The notes under the pieces: model-generated | Databases searched by the model: none | Told to the model about the DNA's origin: nothing | The model's input: the letters and a program-made list of their open reading frames with translations, nothing else | Assembly: GCA_963745025.1 (NCBI GenBank) | Contig: CAVUWD010000014.1 | Coordinates: 240,339-304,338, forward strand | Length of the DNA: 64,000 nucleotides | Direction of reading: 5' to 3' | From: an uncultured delta proteobacterium | GTDB lineage: Bacteria; Desulfobacterota; Binatia; JACPRU01 | Position numbers and translations under genes: made by a program | In this document: positions 54,535 through 64,000 of the stretch, piece after piece | How positions within the stretch are numbered: position 1 is the stretch's first letter | How the letters are laid out: each line of letters starts with the position of its first letter

Positions 54535-56280
54535 TTACCTTCGCGGCACGTTGTCGTAGTACGGGATCACGATCGTCTCCGGATCGTCGGTGTAGCCGAC
54601 CATGGAGGGGGTGATGGGATGCACCACCTCGCCGGACACCGAGAGGTTGATGCAGGTCGGCTTTCCGGAGGCGAGCGCGCGCCGGATCGCGGGACCTACG
54701 TCCTCCAGCCTCGACACCCGCTCGCCTGCAGCCCCTAGGCCGCGCGCGACCTGCTCGTAGTCCGAATCGGCGAGCCTGCTGATGATCCCGGCATCGTCGC
54801 CGTAGACTACCTGCTGGCCGTGGATCGACATGCCCCAGCAGACATTGTTCACGACGACCGTGATGATCGGCAGATTGTGGCGGGCCATGGTGTCGAGCTC
54901 TTGCAGATGGAGGCCGAAGGCGCCGTCGCCCATCAGAGCCACGACGCGGTCACGAGGCGAGGCCACCTGCGCGCCGATCGCGAGACCGGGCCCGATGCCG
55001 AGGAAGCCGAGATAGCCGCCGAAGCCGATGATCGTCTTCGGCCGGGCCTCGTGCGCCGATTCGTCGACCCAGGAACCCATCTCACCGCCGTCGACGATGA
55101 GCGTCGCTCCCGGATCGAGCGCGCGAAGAACCTCGCGGATCGCGTGATAGGGATGGAGTCGTCCCCCGACCTCGAGCGGGTCGCTCGCATAGGGCCGCTC
55201 CCTTCGGTGAACGAGCACCGCCTTCTCCGCCCACCCCCGCCAGTCGGGCCACTTGCCTCCGTCGGCGGCGAGCAGCGTGCGAAGCGCCTCGCCCGAATCG
55301 GCGGTGATTCCCACCGCGAACGGGCGGAAGCGACCGATCTCCGACGCGTCCACGTCGACCTGTATGACCTTGGCGTCGAGCGGGATCACGGTCCCGCTCC
55401 GGCCACCGAGGAACAGCCCCGGCCGCGCGCCGAGGAGAAGGACCACGTCGGGACCCTTTCCCGTCATCGCCTGGAGGACGGCGAGGTTTCCCGCCGCGAA
55501 CCCGTTGAGCGGGTGATCCGCCGGCATCGCGCCGAAACTCGTGATCTGGTTGAAGACGGGGATCCCAGTCCGCTCCGCGAACGCGACGAGACGCTCGCGG
55601 GAGACGGGGCTACGCACTCCTCCGCCCGCGATGATGACGGGGCGCTCGGCTTTGCGGAGGATGGCGATCGCCTCGCTGATGGCGTCGGGCGAAGGGGCCG
55701 GCGGGGCGGCGACCTTCGAGCCGCCGCCGCGGTCGATGCGAGACTCCTCCGCGGGACGGAAGAGCACGTCGATCGGCAGGTCGAGGACGACGGGTCCCGG
55801 GGGCCCGGCGAGCGCCTTCCGGATCGCGAGGGAGACTAGGCTCGGGATCTCCTCGACGACCGTCACCCGGTGCGCCCACTTCGACACGGGAGCCGCCATC
55901 GCGATCTGGTCCACGGAGCCCTGGAGGGCATTCGTCTCGGCGTCGCGGAGCGGCGGCGAGCTCGTGAGGAGCAGCAGAGGGCTCCGGTCTGCGTATGCAG
56001 TGGCGAGGCCGGCGATCGCATTCGAGTAGCCGGACGCCGCGGTCGCGAAGGCGACGCCGAGGCGGCCCGTGACCCGCGAATATCCGTCGGCGGCGTTGAC
56101 CGCGACCGCCTCATGCCGCGTGTCGACGAGACGGATGTCGTTTCGGCGAAAGCCTACGAGCAGCGAGTCCAGATGCCCGCCGTGCAGCCCGAAGGCGACC
56201 TCGACGCCGAATTCCTTGAGGGTGCGGGCGACGAGCTCGCCGCCGTCGACGCCCCTGAGCCGTGGTGCTTGCGTCGTCAT
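54535..56280 (-). CDS. ThDP-dependent enzyme, benzaldehyde lyase-like
   Basis: GGELVARTL..FGLHGGHLD..DTRHEA..LRDAETNALQ..DQIAMAAP.SKWAHRV; ThDP motif GDGAFG..VVNN. Confidence 0.92.
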   Translation of the reverse strand: MTTQAPRLRGVDGGELVARTLKEFGVEVAFGLHGGHLDSLLVGFRRNDIRLVDTRHEAVAVNAADGYSRVTGRLGVAFATAASGYSNAIAGLATAYADRSPLLLLTSSPPLRDAETNALQGSVDQIAMAAPVSKWAHRVTVVEEIPSLVSLAIRKALAGPPGPVVLDLPIDVLFRPAEESRIDRGGGSKVAAPPAPSPDAISEAIAILRKAERPVIIAGGGVRSPVSRERLVAFAERTGIPVFNQITSFGAMPADHPLNGFAAGNLAVLQAMTGKGPDVVLLLGARPGLFLGGRSGTVIPLDAKVIQVDVDASEIGRFRPFAVGITADSGEALRTLLAADGGKWPDWRGWAEKAVLVHRRERPYASDPLEVGGRLHPYHAIREVLRALDPGATLIVDGGEMGSWVDESAHEARPKTIIGFGGYLGFLGIGPGLAIGAQVASPRDRVVALMGDGAFGLHLQELDTMARHNLPIITVVVNNVCWGMSIHGQQVVYGDDAGIISRLADSDYEQVARGLGAAGERVSRLEDVGPAIRRALASGKPTCINLSVSGEVVHPITPSMVGYTDDPETIVIPYYDNVPRR

Positions 56281-56399
56281 GACTCCCTCCTCGTTAGGGG
56301 ACGCTCCTGACCTTGATAACCTTCGACCTGAGAGCCCGATGCCCGATGAAAGTTGCGCATGTTAAGAACGTCCCCAATCAACGTTCACATCTCCAATCA

Positions 56400-56792
56400 A
56401 CGTTCAAGCGCGACCGCTCTGGACGCGAATCCGAAGCGGGAAGGTGGGAACACCCCACTCCCGGAGGGCACGTCGATGATCGTCCCGGATCTGACGAACG
56501 GCGGAAGCTCGACTTCGACCGTCTCCTCCCCCGCGAGAAAACCCCACTGGCCGAGGATAAATTCTTTGTCCGTAGATTTCAGATCTGCGTTGTCGGGGAG
56601 AACGCAGAGGTCCTCGAGGAACGGAGGATCCAAACAGATCGAGAGCGATTTGCGGCGGTGCTGGGAAAGCGGCCGAAGGCGCGAGTGCTGATCGAGGCGT
56701 CGACGGAGAGCGAGTGGGTTGCGAGGTGGCTGGAGGAACTCGGCCATGAGGTGATCGTGGCCGACACCACCGCGCGATGGGAAGGGCCGTGA
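56400..56792 (+). mobile_element. IS110-family remnant (putative left end plus a transposase N-terminal DEDD fragment)
   Basis: QICVVGENAEVLEERRIQTDRERFAAVLG..VLIEASTESEWVARWLEELGHEVIVAD (56580-56765). Confidence 0.75.
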
Positions 56793-56853
56793 GGTACCGC
56801 TCGGTTCAGGCGAACAGGGCCCGCGCGACGACGAGCAATCGCTATCCTCCCGT

Positions 56854-57621
56854 TTAAGTTCGCTTGCGTCCAATCGCGAAAATCGAGCCACCGAATGGCA
56901 GGCTCACGCCACTGGCGATCAATCGATTCTCCACCGACAGGACGGATCGGAGGGCACCGTTAATCCGCTTGCCCGGCGGGCGCTGGAGATCGGAGCGGAC
57001 TGGGGCATCGCGCTTCACTTTCGATTTGCGAGCAATGCGCGAGAGTGCCATCGCGGGAAACAGGAAGCAAAGGCGATACGTCATGATCTCGGGTTCGAGT
57101 CCGAGTGTCCCGAATACGCGGCGTATCTCGCTCACGGTAAAGCGTTGTGTCGTGTGCACCGCCGCGTCGTGTTCGCTGTACATCCAGTTGTAGGACGGCA
57201 CGTGGATGACGAACAGACCCTCGGGTCGCAACGCGCCAACCAGCTTCTGCAAGCCGGGCAGCGCGCGCGCCGTACCCGGGATCTCCAAAACGTCGAACGT
57301 CGTGACGAGATCCAGCTGGTCCACGTGGATCTCTGGATCGCAGAGGTCGCTTTGATACAGCTCGTCCGCTTCGGCCTTCGTGCGCGTAAAGGCAAGCGCC
57401 TCTTCGGACAAGTCGAAGCCGCCCAAGTAGGACGGCGAACAGAGCTTGCGAAGCAGGCGCAGATTTTCTCCGGTGCCGCACCCAGCATCCAGAACCTTTG
57501 GGTGTTCAGGCAGCCTCAAGCGTTTGCTCGTGAGAGTGCGCGTTACGACGTCCCTGAGGCCCTGGTACCACCAGTGACGCTCTTCGACACCGGACATTAC
57601 TTCATATTCGCCGGGGTTCAT
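56854..57621 (-). CDS. Class I SAM-dependent methyltransferase (glycan-cluster type)
   Basis: EERHWWY, VLDAGCGTG, SEHDAAVHTTQRF, SLPFGGSI. Confidence 0.9.
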   Translation of the reverse strand: MNPGEYEVMSGVEERHWWYQGLRDVVTRTLTSKRLRLPEHPKVLDAGCGTGENLRLLRKLCSPSYLGGFDLSEEALAFTRTKAEADELYQSDLCDPEIHVDQLDLVTTFDVLEIPGTARALPGLQKLVGALRPEGLFVIHVPSYNWMYSEHDAAVHTTQRFTVSEIRRVFGTLGLEPEIMTYRLCFLFPAMALSRIARKSKVKRDAPVRSDLQRPPGKRINGALRSVLSVENRLIASGVSLPFGGSIFAIGRKRT

Positions 57622-57923
57622 GCGTCGCTCGCTGGCGCTGAGTCGTTGACCGCGAAGAGCCCTCGCTCGTTCGGAGCGGTGCCGGGCCGCAAGACGTACC
57701 TGACGACGAACTGAGGTGTTTGTGAATGATCCAAGAACAGCCTTCCGAGGATCACTTCCAATTCCAACTTGTCGTACTTGGCGTGAACGCGGCGCACCAC
57801 CTCCGCGATGGTACGCGCACCATTGTAAACGGGAATCACCAACGATAGTCTGATGGGTCTCGAATGAACCGAGCCCTCCGTACGTTCGCCGGCACTTTCA
57901 GGGGTCGTTGGCTCGCTCCGCAC
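57618..57923 (-). pseudogene. GT2 (ArnC/GtrB-like) glycosyltransferase with a large in-frame internal deletion
   Basis: N-terminal LSLVIPVYNGARTI..LEVIL fused directly to C-terminal GRLFLDHSQTPQFVVR. Confidence 0.75.
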
Positions 57924-58065
57924 GAAGTGCGGTTACAACAGCGGGGCCTGCCTACCACGGGGGGCGTCGGATGGGAAGAAGTTGCACGCCCTCATTAAGA
58001 CGTCTCAGCCCGACCACGCGGACCCCTTATACTGCGGCCCGACGGAACTCGTGATGGCAAGTAGG

Positions 58066-58472
58066 ATGAACGAGGTGAGGTGGCTCGAGCTACCCTCGGT
58101 GAGGGACGAGCGGGGAGTGCTCACCGCCATCGAGGCGGGGCGAGATGTCCCATTTCCAATCTTTACGCGTGTTCCTCGTGCACCACACGACAACCGATCG
58201 GGGCGGACACGCGCACAAGGACACCGACCAAGTCGTGACCGCGGCTGCTCGGTGAGCTGACGCTCGAAGTTACGGACGGCCATAGTTCACAAAGCTTCAA
58301 GCTGGACGATCCCACCCGGGGCGTGTACGTGCCTCGGATGCTCTTCGTCCGGCCTCCAGAGTTTCTCTGCGGATGCAGTTTGCCTCGTGTTCGCAAGCAC
58401 TCACTACAACACGAAGCAGTCGTACCGCAGCTGGGAAGCCTATCTGGAAGCGATTGCGGGAGGCTCGTATGA
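58066..58472 (+). CDS. FdtA/QdtA (WxcM-like) sugar 3,4-ketoisomerase, frameshifted
   Basis: LPSVRDERGVLTAIEAGRDVPFPI; RGGHAH in a shifted frame; LDDPTRGVYVPRM. Confidence 0.8.
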
Positions 58473-59921
58473 CGGAGCGTGAGCAGATGACTCCCGGAAT
58501 GAGCCTGCTTCACTCTGCGCTCGCGCCGGAGCGGGACACGGGACCGGCCCTCGAATGGTTGAGCGAGCGCGAGCGGGCTTCGCACTTTCGCGTGCGGCGT
58601 ATACCTTTCGGCTCCTTCGACCAGTGGAGTTTCTTGACCCGAACACAGACCACCTCGTGCATCGTTCGGGCAAGTTCTTTCGCGTCATGGGGCTTCGAGT
58701 GCGAACCAACTTTGGTCCGGTAGCCGAGTGGGACCAGCCGATCATCAGTCAACCTGAAATCGGCATTCTCGGCATCCTGACGCAAGTGGTGGACGGAGTA
58801 CGCCGCTTCTTGATGCAGGCCAAGCCGGAGCCGGGCAACGTGAACGGCATTCAACTCTCCCCAACGGTGCAAGCGACCCGCAGCAACTACTCGCAGGTGC
58901 ACCAAGGAAAGCGCCCCAACTACGTCGAGTACTTCGCCGATCGCGCGCGAGGAACCGTCCTCGTGGGGACCAACTTCAGACCGAGCAGGGGTCACATCGC
59001 TTCTTGCGCAAGCAGAACCGAAACATGGTGGTCGAAGCGACCGGGCACGTCCCGGTGCTGGACGACTTCCGCTGGCTTACGCTCGCCGAGATCAAAGCGC
59101 TTCTGGCGATGGATGACCTCGTCAACATGGACGCCAGAACCGTGCTCTCGTGTCTTTCCTATGCCGACCACGGGTTGGACGGCTACTACGCGGACCGTTC
59201 CCTCGAGGCAGAAGACGACGTCGAGTTCTTGGGTCGACGGCTCGAAGGTTTCCAAAAGGATCTGCTGGTTTCGCTGTTGCGCCGCAAGCGGGCCTGCCAC
59301 ACGTTGGATGAGCTCCTGAGCTGGTACGCCGAGATGACGGTGCAGCTACGATCTGGTGACCGAGGTGCTGCCCCTCTCGAGCACGCGCGGTTGGCTGCGC
59401 ACGGAAGACGAGATTCGTCATGAGTCGGCAAGTATTTCTCGGTGATCGCGGTGGAAGTTCAGGCCGGTGCGCGGGAAGTGACCGCTTGGACTCAACCCTT
59501 GCTCAAGCATGACGGAGTGGGACTCGCAGGTTTCCTGGTGCAGAAGATCGACGGAGTCTTGCACTTTCTGGTGCGCGCCTGCGTCGAGCCGGGCAGCTTC
59601 GACGTCGTGGATCTCGGACCCACCACGGTCGCTTCCTCCGCCGGCACGGCGAAGGACATCGCTCCACTACCCCCGTTCTACGAACGCTTGGCGCACGCGC
59701 AGCCGTCAGAAGTGCGGTACTCCGCGATCCAGTCCGAGGAGGGCGGGCGTTTCTATCACTGGCGCAACCGATACGTCGTCGTCGAGGTGCCCCCAACCGA
59801 AACGCTGACCTTTCCGCAGAACTACGCCTGGATGACCTTCGGACAGATCCTCGAATTTACGCGTTTCGGTTTCTTCAATATCGAGGCCCGCAATCTCATC
59901 GCTTGCCTGGGGCCGGCGTGA
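58469..59921 (+). CDS. NDP-hexose 2,3-dehydratase, frameshifted
   Basis: LVHRSGKFF, WDQPIISQPEIGILG, LMQAKPEPGN..QLSPTVQATRSNY, VNMDARTVLSC, QSEEGGRFYH, NIEARNL. Confidence 0.92.
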
Positions 59922-60862
59922 GGGTTCTCGTTCTCGGCTGTTCTCGTATCGCCCAGCGCCGTGTCATTCCTGCGCTCGCGGGACTTGCCAACGTGGAACT
60001 CATCGACGTGGCGACCCGGCGCGCGAATGCAGTGCCAGCAGGTGTGATTTCGGGTCAAACGTTCGACGACTACGGAGCGGCGCTCCAGAAGAGTAGCGCG
60101 GAGCTGGTCTACGTTTTCGACCGTCAACGCCGATCATTTCGCTTGGACCCAAGCGGCCCTCGACTCGGGGCGCCACGTGATCGTGGATAAACCATCATGC
60201 CTCGAGTACCGCGAGGCAGAGCAGTTGTGCGAGCTCGCGGAGCGTCGAAACCTTGCGCTGGCCGAGGCGACCGTGTATCTGAGCCACCCGCAGTTCGCGC
60301 TCTTGAGAGCAGCGTTTGGGTGACGCTTCTCCGAACTATCTCGTATCGGTGTTCGTGTTTCCTTCGCTCGACCCCGGGGACTTTCGCTATCGCGGTGCTT
60401 CGGGCGGGGGGCAGTCTACGACCTGGGGCCTTACGCAGTATCCGCCGGGCGCTTCCTCTTCGGAAGCACACCGAAACCGTTGCATGTCAGGTCACTTCGC
60501 ACCAAGCCGATGTGGATACGGCGTTCAGCGTACTCATGACGTATCCCGGTGGGCGCTCCTGCGTCGGGACCTTCGCGTTCGGTGGGGCATACACCAATCG
60601 ACTTGTCGCACTCTCGCCGTCGGCCACCGTCACGCTCGAACGCGCCTTCACGTCGGTGCCTGCCGAAGGTTGTCGAGTACGCGTTCAGACCGAGGCGCGC
60701 GACGAAACCGTCGTATCGGACAAGGCAGATGCCTTTTCAGGGTTTCTCGGAAGCGTGCTTCAGGCAATTCAGGCCAAGGAAATCAGGAAATTTCGCCAAG
60801 ACTTACTGCATGATGCGCACGCCATCTCCCAACTGCGTCAAGCTGCAGGGTTGATTCAATGA
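59918..60862 (+). CDS. Gfo/Idh/MocA oxidoreductase (NDP-hexose 3-ketoreductase-like), frameshifted
   Basis: VLGCSRIAQRRVIPAL, HVIVDKP, GGGAVYDLGPY (shifted frame), TLERAFTS. Confidence 0.8.
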
Positions 60863-61959
60863 CCATCAAAGTCTGGGACTATCTGTTGGAATTCGAGCAC
60901 GAAGAGTCGGGGTCTAATCTTGCCCTCGCCAAGGTGTTTGGGTCTGGCCGCCTGATCCTTGGCGAGAGTGTGAAAACTTTCGAGGAGCGCTTCGCTGCCT
61001 ACTGTGGGGTCCAACACGGTGTCGGAGTGAACAGCGGCACTGACGCGCTTTTCTTGGGGCTCAAGGCGCTCGGTGTACAAGCGGGAGACGAAGTCATCAC
61101 CGTACCCAACACGGCGGTACCAACGGTTTCCGCCATCGTTTCGGCCGGCGGGACCCCACGCTTCGTCGACGTGCATCCCGATACACTGTTGATGGACGTG
61201 AGCGCGGTCGGAGCCGCGCTCACGCCTCGCGTCAAGTGCGTATTGCCCGTTCATCTCTACGGGCAGTGCGTCGACATGACTGCGCTCACGCGGGTGACTC
61301 GAGAGCGTGGAATCCCGTACTGGAAGACTGCGCTCAAAGCCACGGCGCCCTCCACCATGGACGCATCGCTGGATCGCTCGGCAACGCCGCAGCGTTCTCG
61401 TTCTATCCCACGAAGATACTGGGCGGATACGGCGATGGCGGTATGGTCGTCACCAATGACGGGTCGCTGCGGGACAAGCTGCGACGTCTACGTTTCTACG
61501 GGATGGAAAAGACGTACTACGCCATCGAGCACGGCTACAACTCACGCTTGGATGAGCTTCATGCGGAGATCTTGCTGCGCAAGCTCGACCACCTACCGAC
61601 CTACGTCGAGCGTCGACGCGAGCTAGCACGACGTTACGATGAGGCCTTGCGCCATATGGACCTCGGGCTACCGGTGCAAGCGGACGGCAACGTGCTACTA
61701 TCTATACGTATGCCGGCACCCCAAACGCGATGCGATCATCGAAGCCCTCAAACAGCGCGATATTCTCGTGAATATCAGTTATCCGTGGCCCATCCACACC
61801 ATGACCGGCTACGCGCATCTTGGATACCGGGAGAATCGGTTCCCGCACGCAGAAGCGGCTTGCCGTGAAGTGTTCTCGCTGCCGCTGTATCCGACCTTAT
61901 CTAACGCCGAACAGGATCGAGTTATAGAGGTATTGCACGAGATCCTGAAGTTGCTCTGA
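60859..61959 (+). CDS. DegT/DnrJ/EryC1/StrS aminotransferase (EvaB/DnmJ-like), frameshifted
   Basis: [64 protein letters not shown]. Confidence 0.92.
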
Positions 61960-62189
61960 CGGGTCGAAAGCTCGTCAGCTGGACTCCTTCGCCCAAGCTT
62001 TTGCGAGTTTCTTGACGTCGACCAGAAAGTACTCCTCGTGCTCGAATACGATCGCTTCGGAGGGGACGCGATGACCGGGCGGGCAGCGGCCGCGACGTGG
62101 CGCGCTGCTGATTTCGAGATGCGAACGGGCTGGTCCGACCGCATTGCCTGCGCCATCCTCTGCTGCCACCAGATCCCGGAGCGTCCTTG

Positions 62190-64000
62190 ATCGCCACGGC
62201 AGTTCAGCGTCCCCAGTCTCGACCGGCTGTTCCGCCTCGTCCCGGCCGTCGACTCGCTGCGTCGATATGGCCTCGCCCGACGCGCGCGCTGACGCGCTCG
62301 CCGGGCTCACGGTCGCCGCGGTCGCGGTGCCGCAGGCGATGGCGTACGCGCTGATCGCCGGGCTGCCCGCGGAGTACGGCCTCTACACCGCGATCGTGAT
62401 GACCGCGGTCGGGGCGCTGCTTCGACTCGTCGCGGCAGCTCATCAACGGCCCGACGAACGCGATCTCGATCGCTGCTCCTGAGCGCGATCGGCAGCATGG
62501 CCGACCGCAGGATGCGGAGTGCAGGCGGCGGTGCTGTGTCGCCTGCTGGTCGGCGCGATCCAGCTCGGCATCACCCTGCTCCGGCTCGGCGACCTGACGC
62601 GCTACATCTCGCACTCGGTCATCGTCGGCTTCACCGGCCGGCGCGAGCCTGCTGCTCGTGCTCGACCAGATGAAGAACCTGCTCGGGCCTGCGGGCGGTC
62701 GGCACGGCGCACGACCACTTCCTGGTGCGCTTCTGGCTCACGATGACGGAGGGCGGGTCGGCTGCACGGACCGACGCTCGCGGTCGGGCTCGGCGCGATC
62801 GCGCTCGTGCTCCTCCTGCGCGTGATCAAGCGGCGGCTCGGCTGGGCGCTCCTGCCGGAGTTCCTGATCGCGGTCTTCGTCGCGGCGACGGCGACGGCGT
62901 GGCTCGGGCTCGACGAGCAGGGCGTCACGGTCGTCGGCGAGATCCCCGCGTCGCTGCCCGCGTTCGCAGCTGCCCGTCATCGACGCGGTGCAGGTCCGCA
63001 TGTTCTCGACGAGCGCGCTCGCGATCGCGCTTCTGGGGCTGCTCGAAGCGATCTCGATGGCGAAGGCGATCGCGGCCGTCACGCGGCAGAAGCTCGATCT
63101 GAACCAGCAGTGCCTCAGCGAGGGCGTCGCGAACCTGCCGGGCAGCTTCTTCCAGTGCATGCCCGGCTCGGGCTCGCTCACGCGCTCCGCGATCAACCAG
63201 CAGGCGGGCGCGCAGACGCAGTGGTCGGGCGTCGTGTCGGCCGTCGCCGTCGCGCTCATCGATGCTCGTGTTCGCGCCATACGCGCGGTTCATCCCGCGC
63301 TCCGCGCTCGCGGGCCTGCTCATGCTGACGGCGGCGCGGATGGTGAGCTTCCACGACCTCCGCTACCACGTGCGGCACGTCGCGCTTCGACGCCGCCATC
63401 GTCGCCGTGACGGCGATCGCCGCATTCGCCATCTCGATCGAGTTCTGCGTCCTGATCGGCGTGTTCATGTCGTTCATGCTCGCCGTGCCGCGGACGGGGC
63501 AGATGCATCTGACCCAGTTCGTGGTGACGGGCGAGGGCGTCGTCCACGAGCGGCTGCAGGACGATCCGGTGTGCGGGTGCCTGCTGATCTTCGGGCTCGA
63601 GGGTGAGATGTACTTCGGCTCGGGGGTCAGCCTCGAATCGCGGCTCGAGGCGATCGACGCGAAGATCGAGCCGTGGACGAAGGCAGTCGTCATGCGCATG
63701 AAGCGCGCACGCAGTCCCGACGCCGTCGGCCTCTCGCTCTTCGAGCACTTCGTCGACCGCGTGCTCGAGCGCGGCGTGCGGGTCATCGTGTGCGGCGTCC
63801 GCGACGGGATGTTCGCCGCGATGGAGCATTGCGGGCTCGCCGAGAAGATCGGCGCGGAGAACGTCTTCCGCGAGGAGCCCGTGCGGCAGACGAGCACGCT
63901 GCTCGCGATCCGTCACGCCTACGAGCTGATCCCGGATCGCTGCCCCACCTGCCCGCGTCGCAACGTGACGGTGAACGAGAAGGACCTCTACTACAGCATC
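62190..64000 (+). CDS. SulP anion transporter with a STAS domain, frameshifted; reaches the window end
   Basis: DALAGLTVAAVAVPQAMAYALIAGLPAEYGLY, GSGSLTRSAINQQAGA, LEGEMYFGS, STAS DAVGL. Confidence 0.9.

Overview
High-GC bacterial window. The gene mix suggests a deltaproteobacterial, Ca. Binatia/Myxococcota-like genome (inference). Three parts. (1) 1-21 kb: a patchwork of intact catabolic and housekeeping genes (SDRs, cupins, epoxide hydrolase, DUF1254, SelO), two type II toxin-antitoxin pairs and many truncated gene remnants. A 40-bp direct repeat containing a perfect palindrome occurs at 6.9 and 19.3 kb. (2) ~21.4-54 kb: a general-stress and iron/oxidative-stress island. It holds BON proteins, CsbD, three DUF3309 genes, an ElaB/YqjE/YtxH-like operon, AI-2E, a SOD + ferritin-like cargo + family 1 encapsulin cluster, VIT1/CCC1, a secreted poly-Q protein, MgtA and an orphan MbtH/TEII/PPTase NRPS tail. 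It also carries its own signalling module: small protein + two-domain KaiC-like ATPase + two hybrid histidine kinases + FixJ-type regulator. About 16 copies of a 16-bp palindromic box (TNAGGG-N4-CCCTNA-like) sit almost entirely in the intergenic regions of this island. The best candidate for an undescribed system is this KaiC/hybrid-kinase/FixJ-box regulon controlling encapsulin, SOD and stress genes, including a duplicated KaiC-operon promoter placed upstream of sod-flp-enc. (3) 54-64 kb: a benzaldehyde-lyase-like ThDP enzyme, an IS110 remnant, a deoxy-aminosugar biosynthesis operon and SulP. Clustered 1-bp frameshifts in several genes look like long-read consensus errors rather than true pseudogenes. 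No rRNA, tRNA or CRISPR array was recognised. All family calls come from motif recognition, not database searches.
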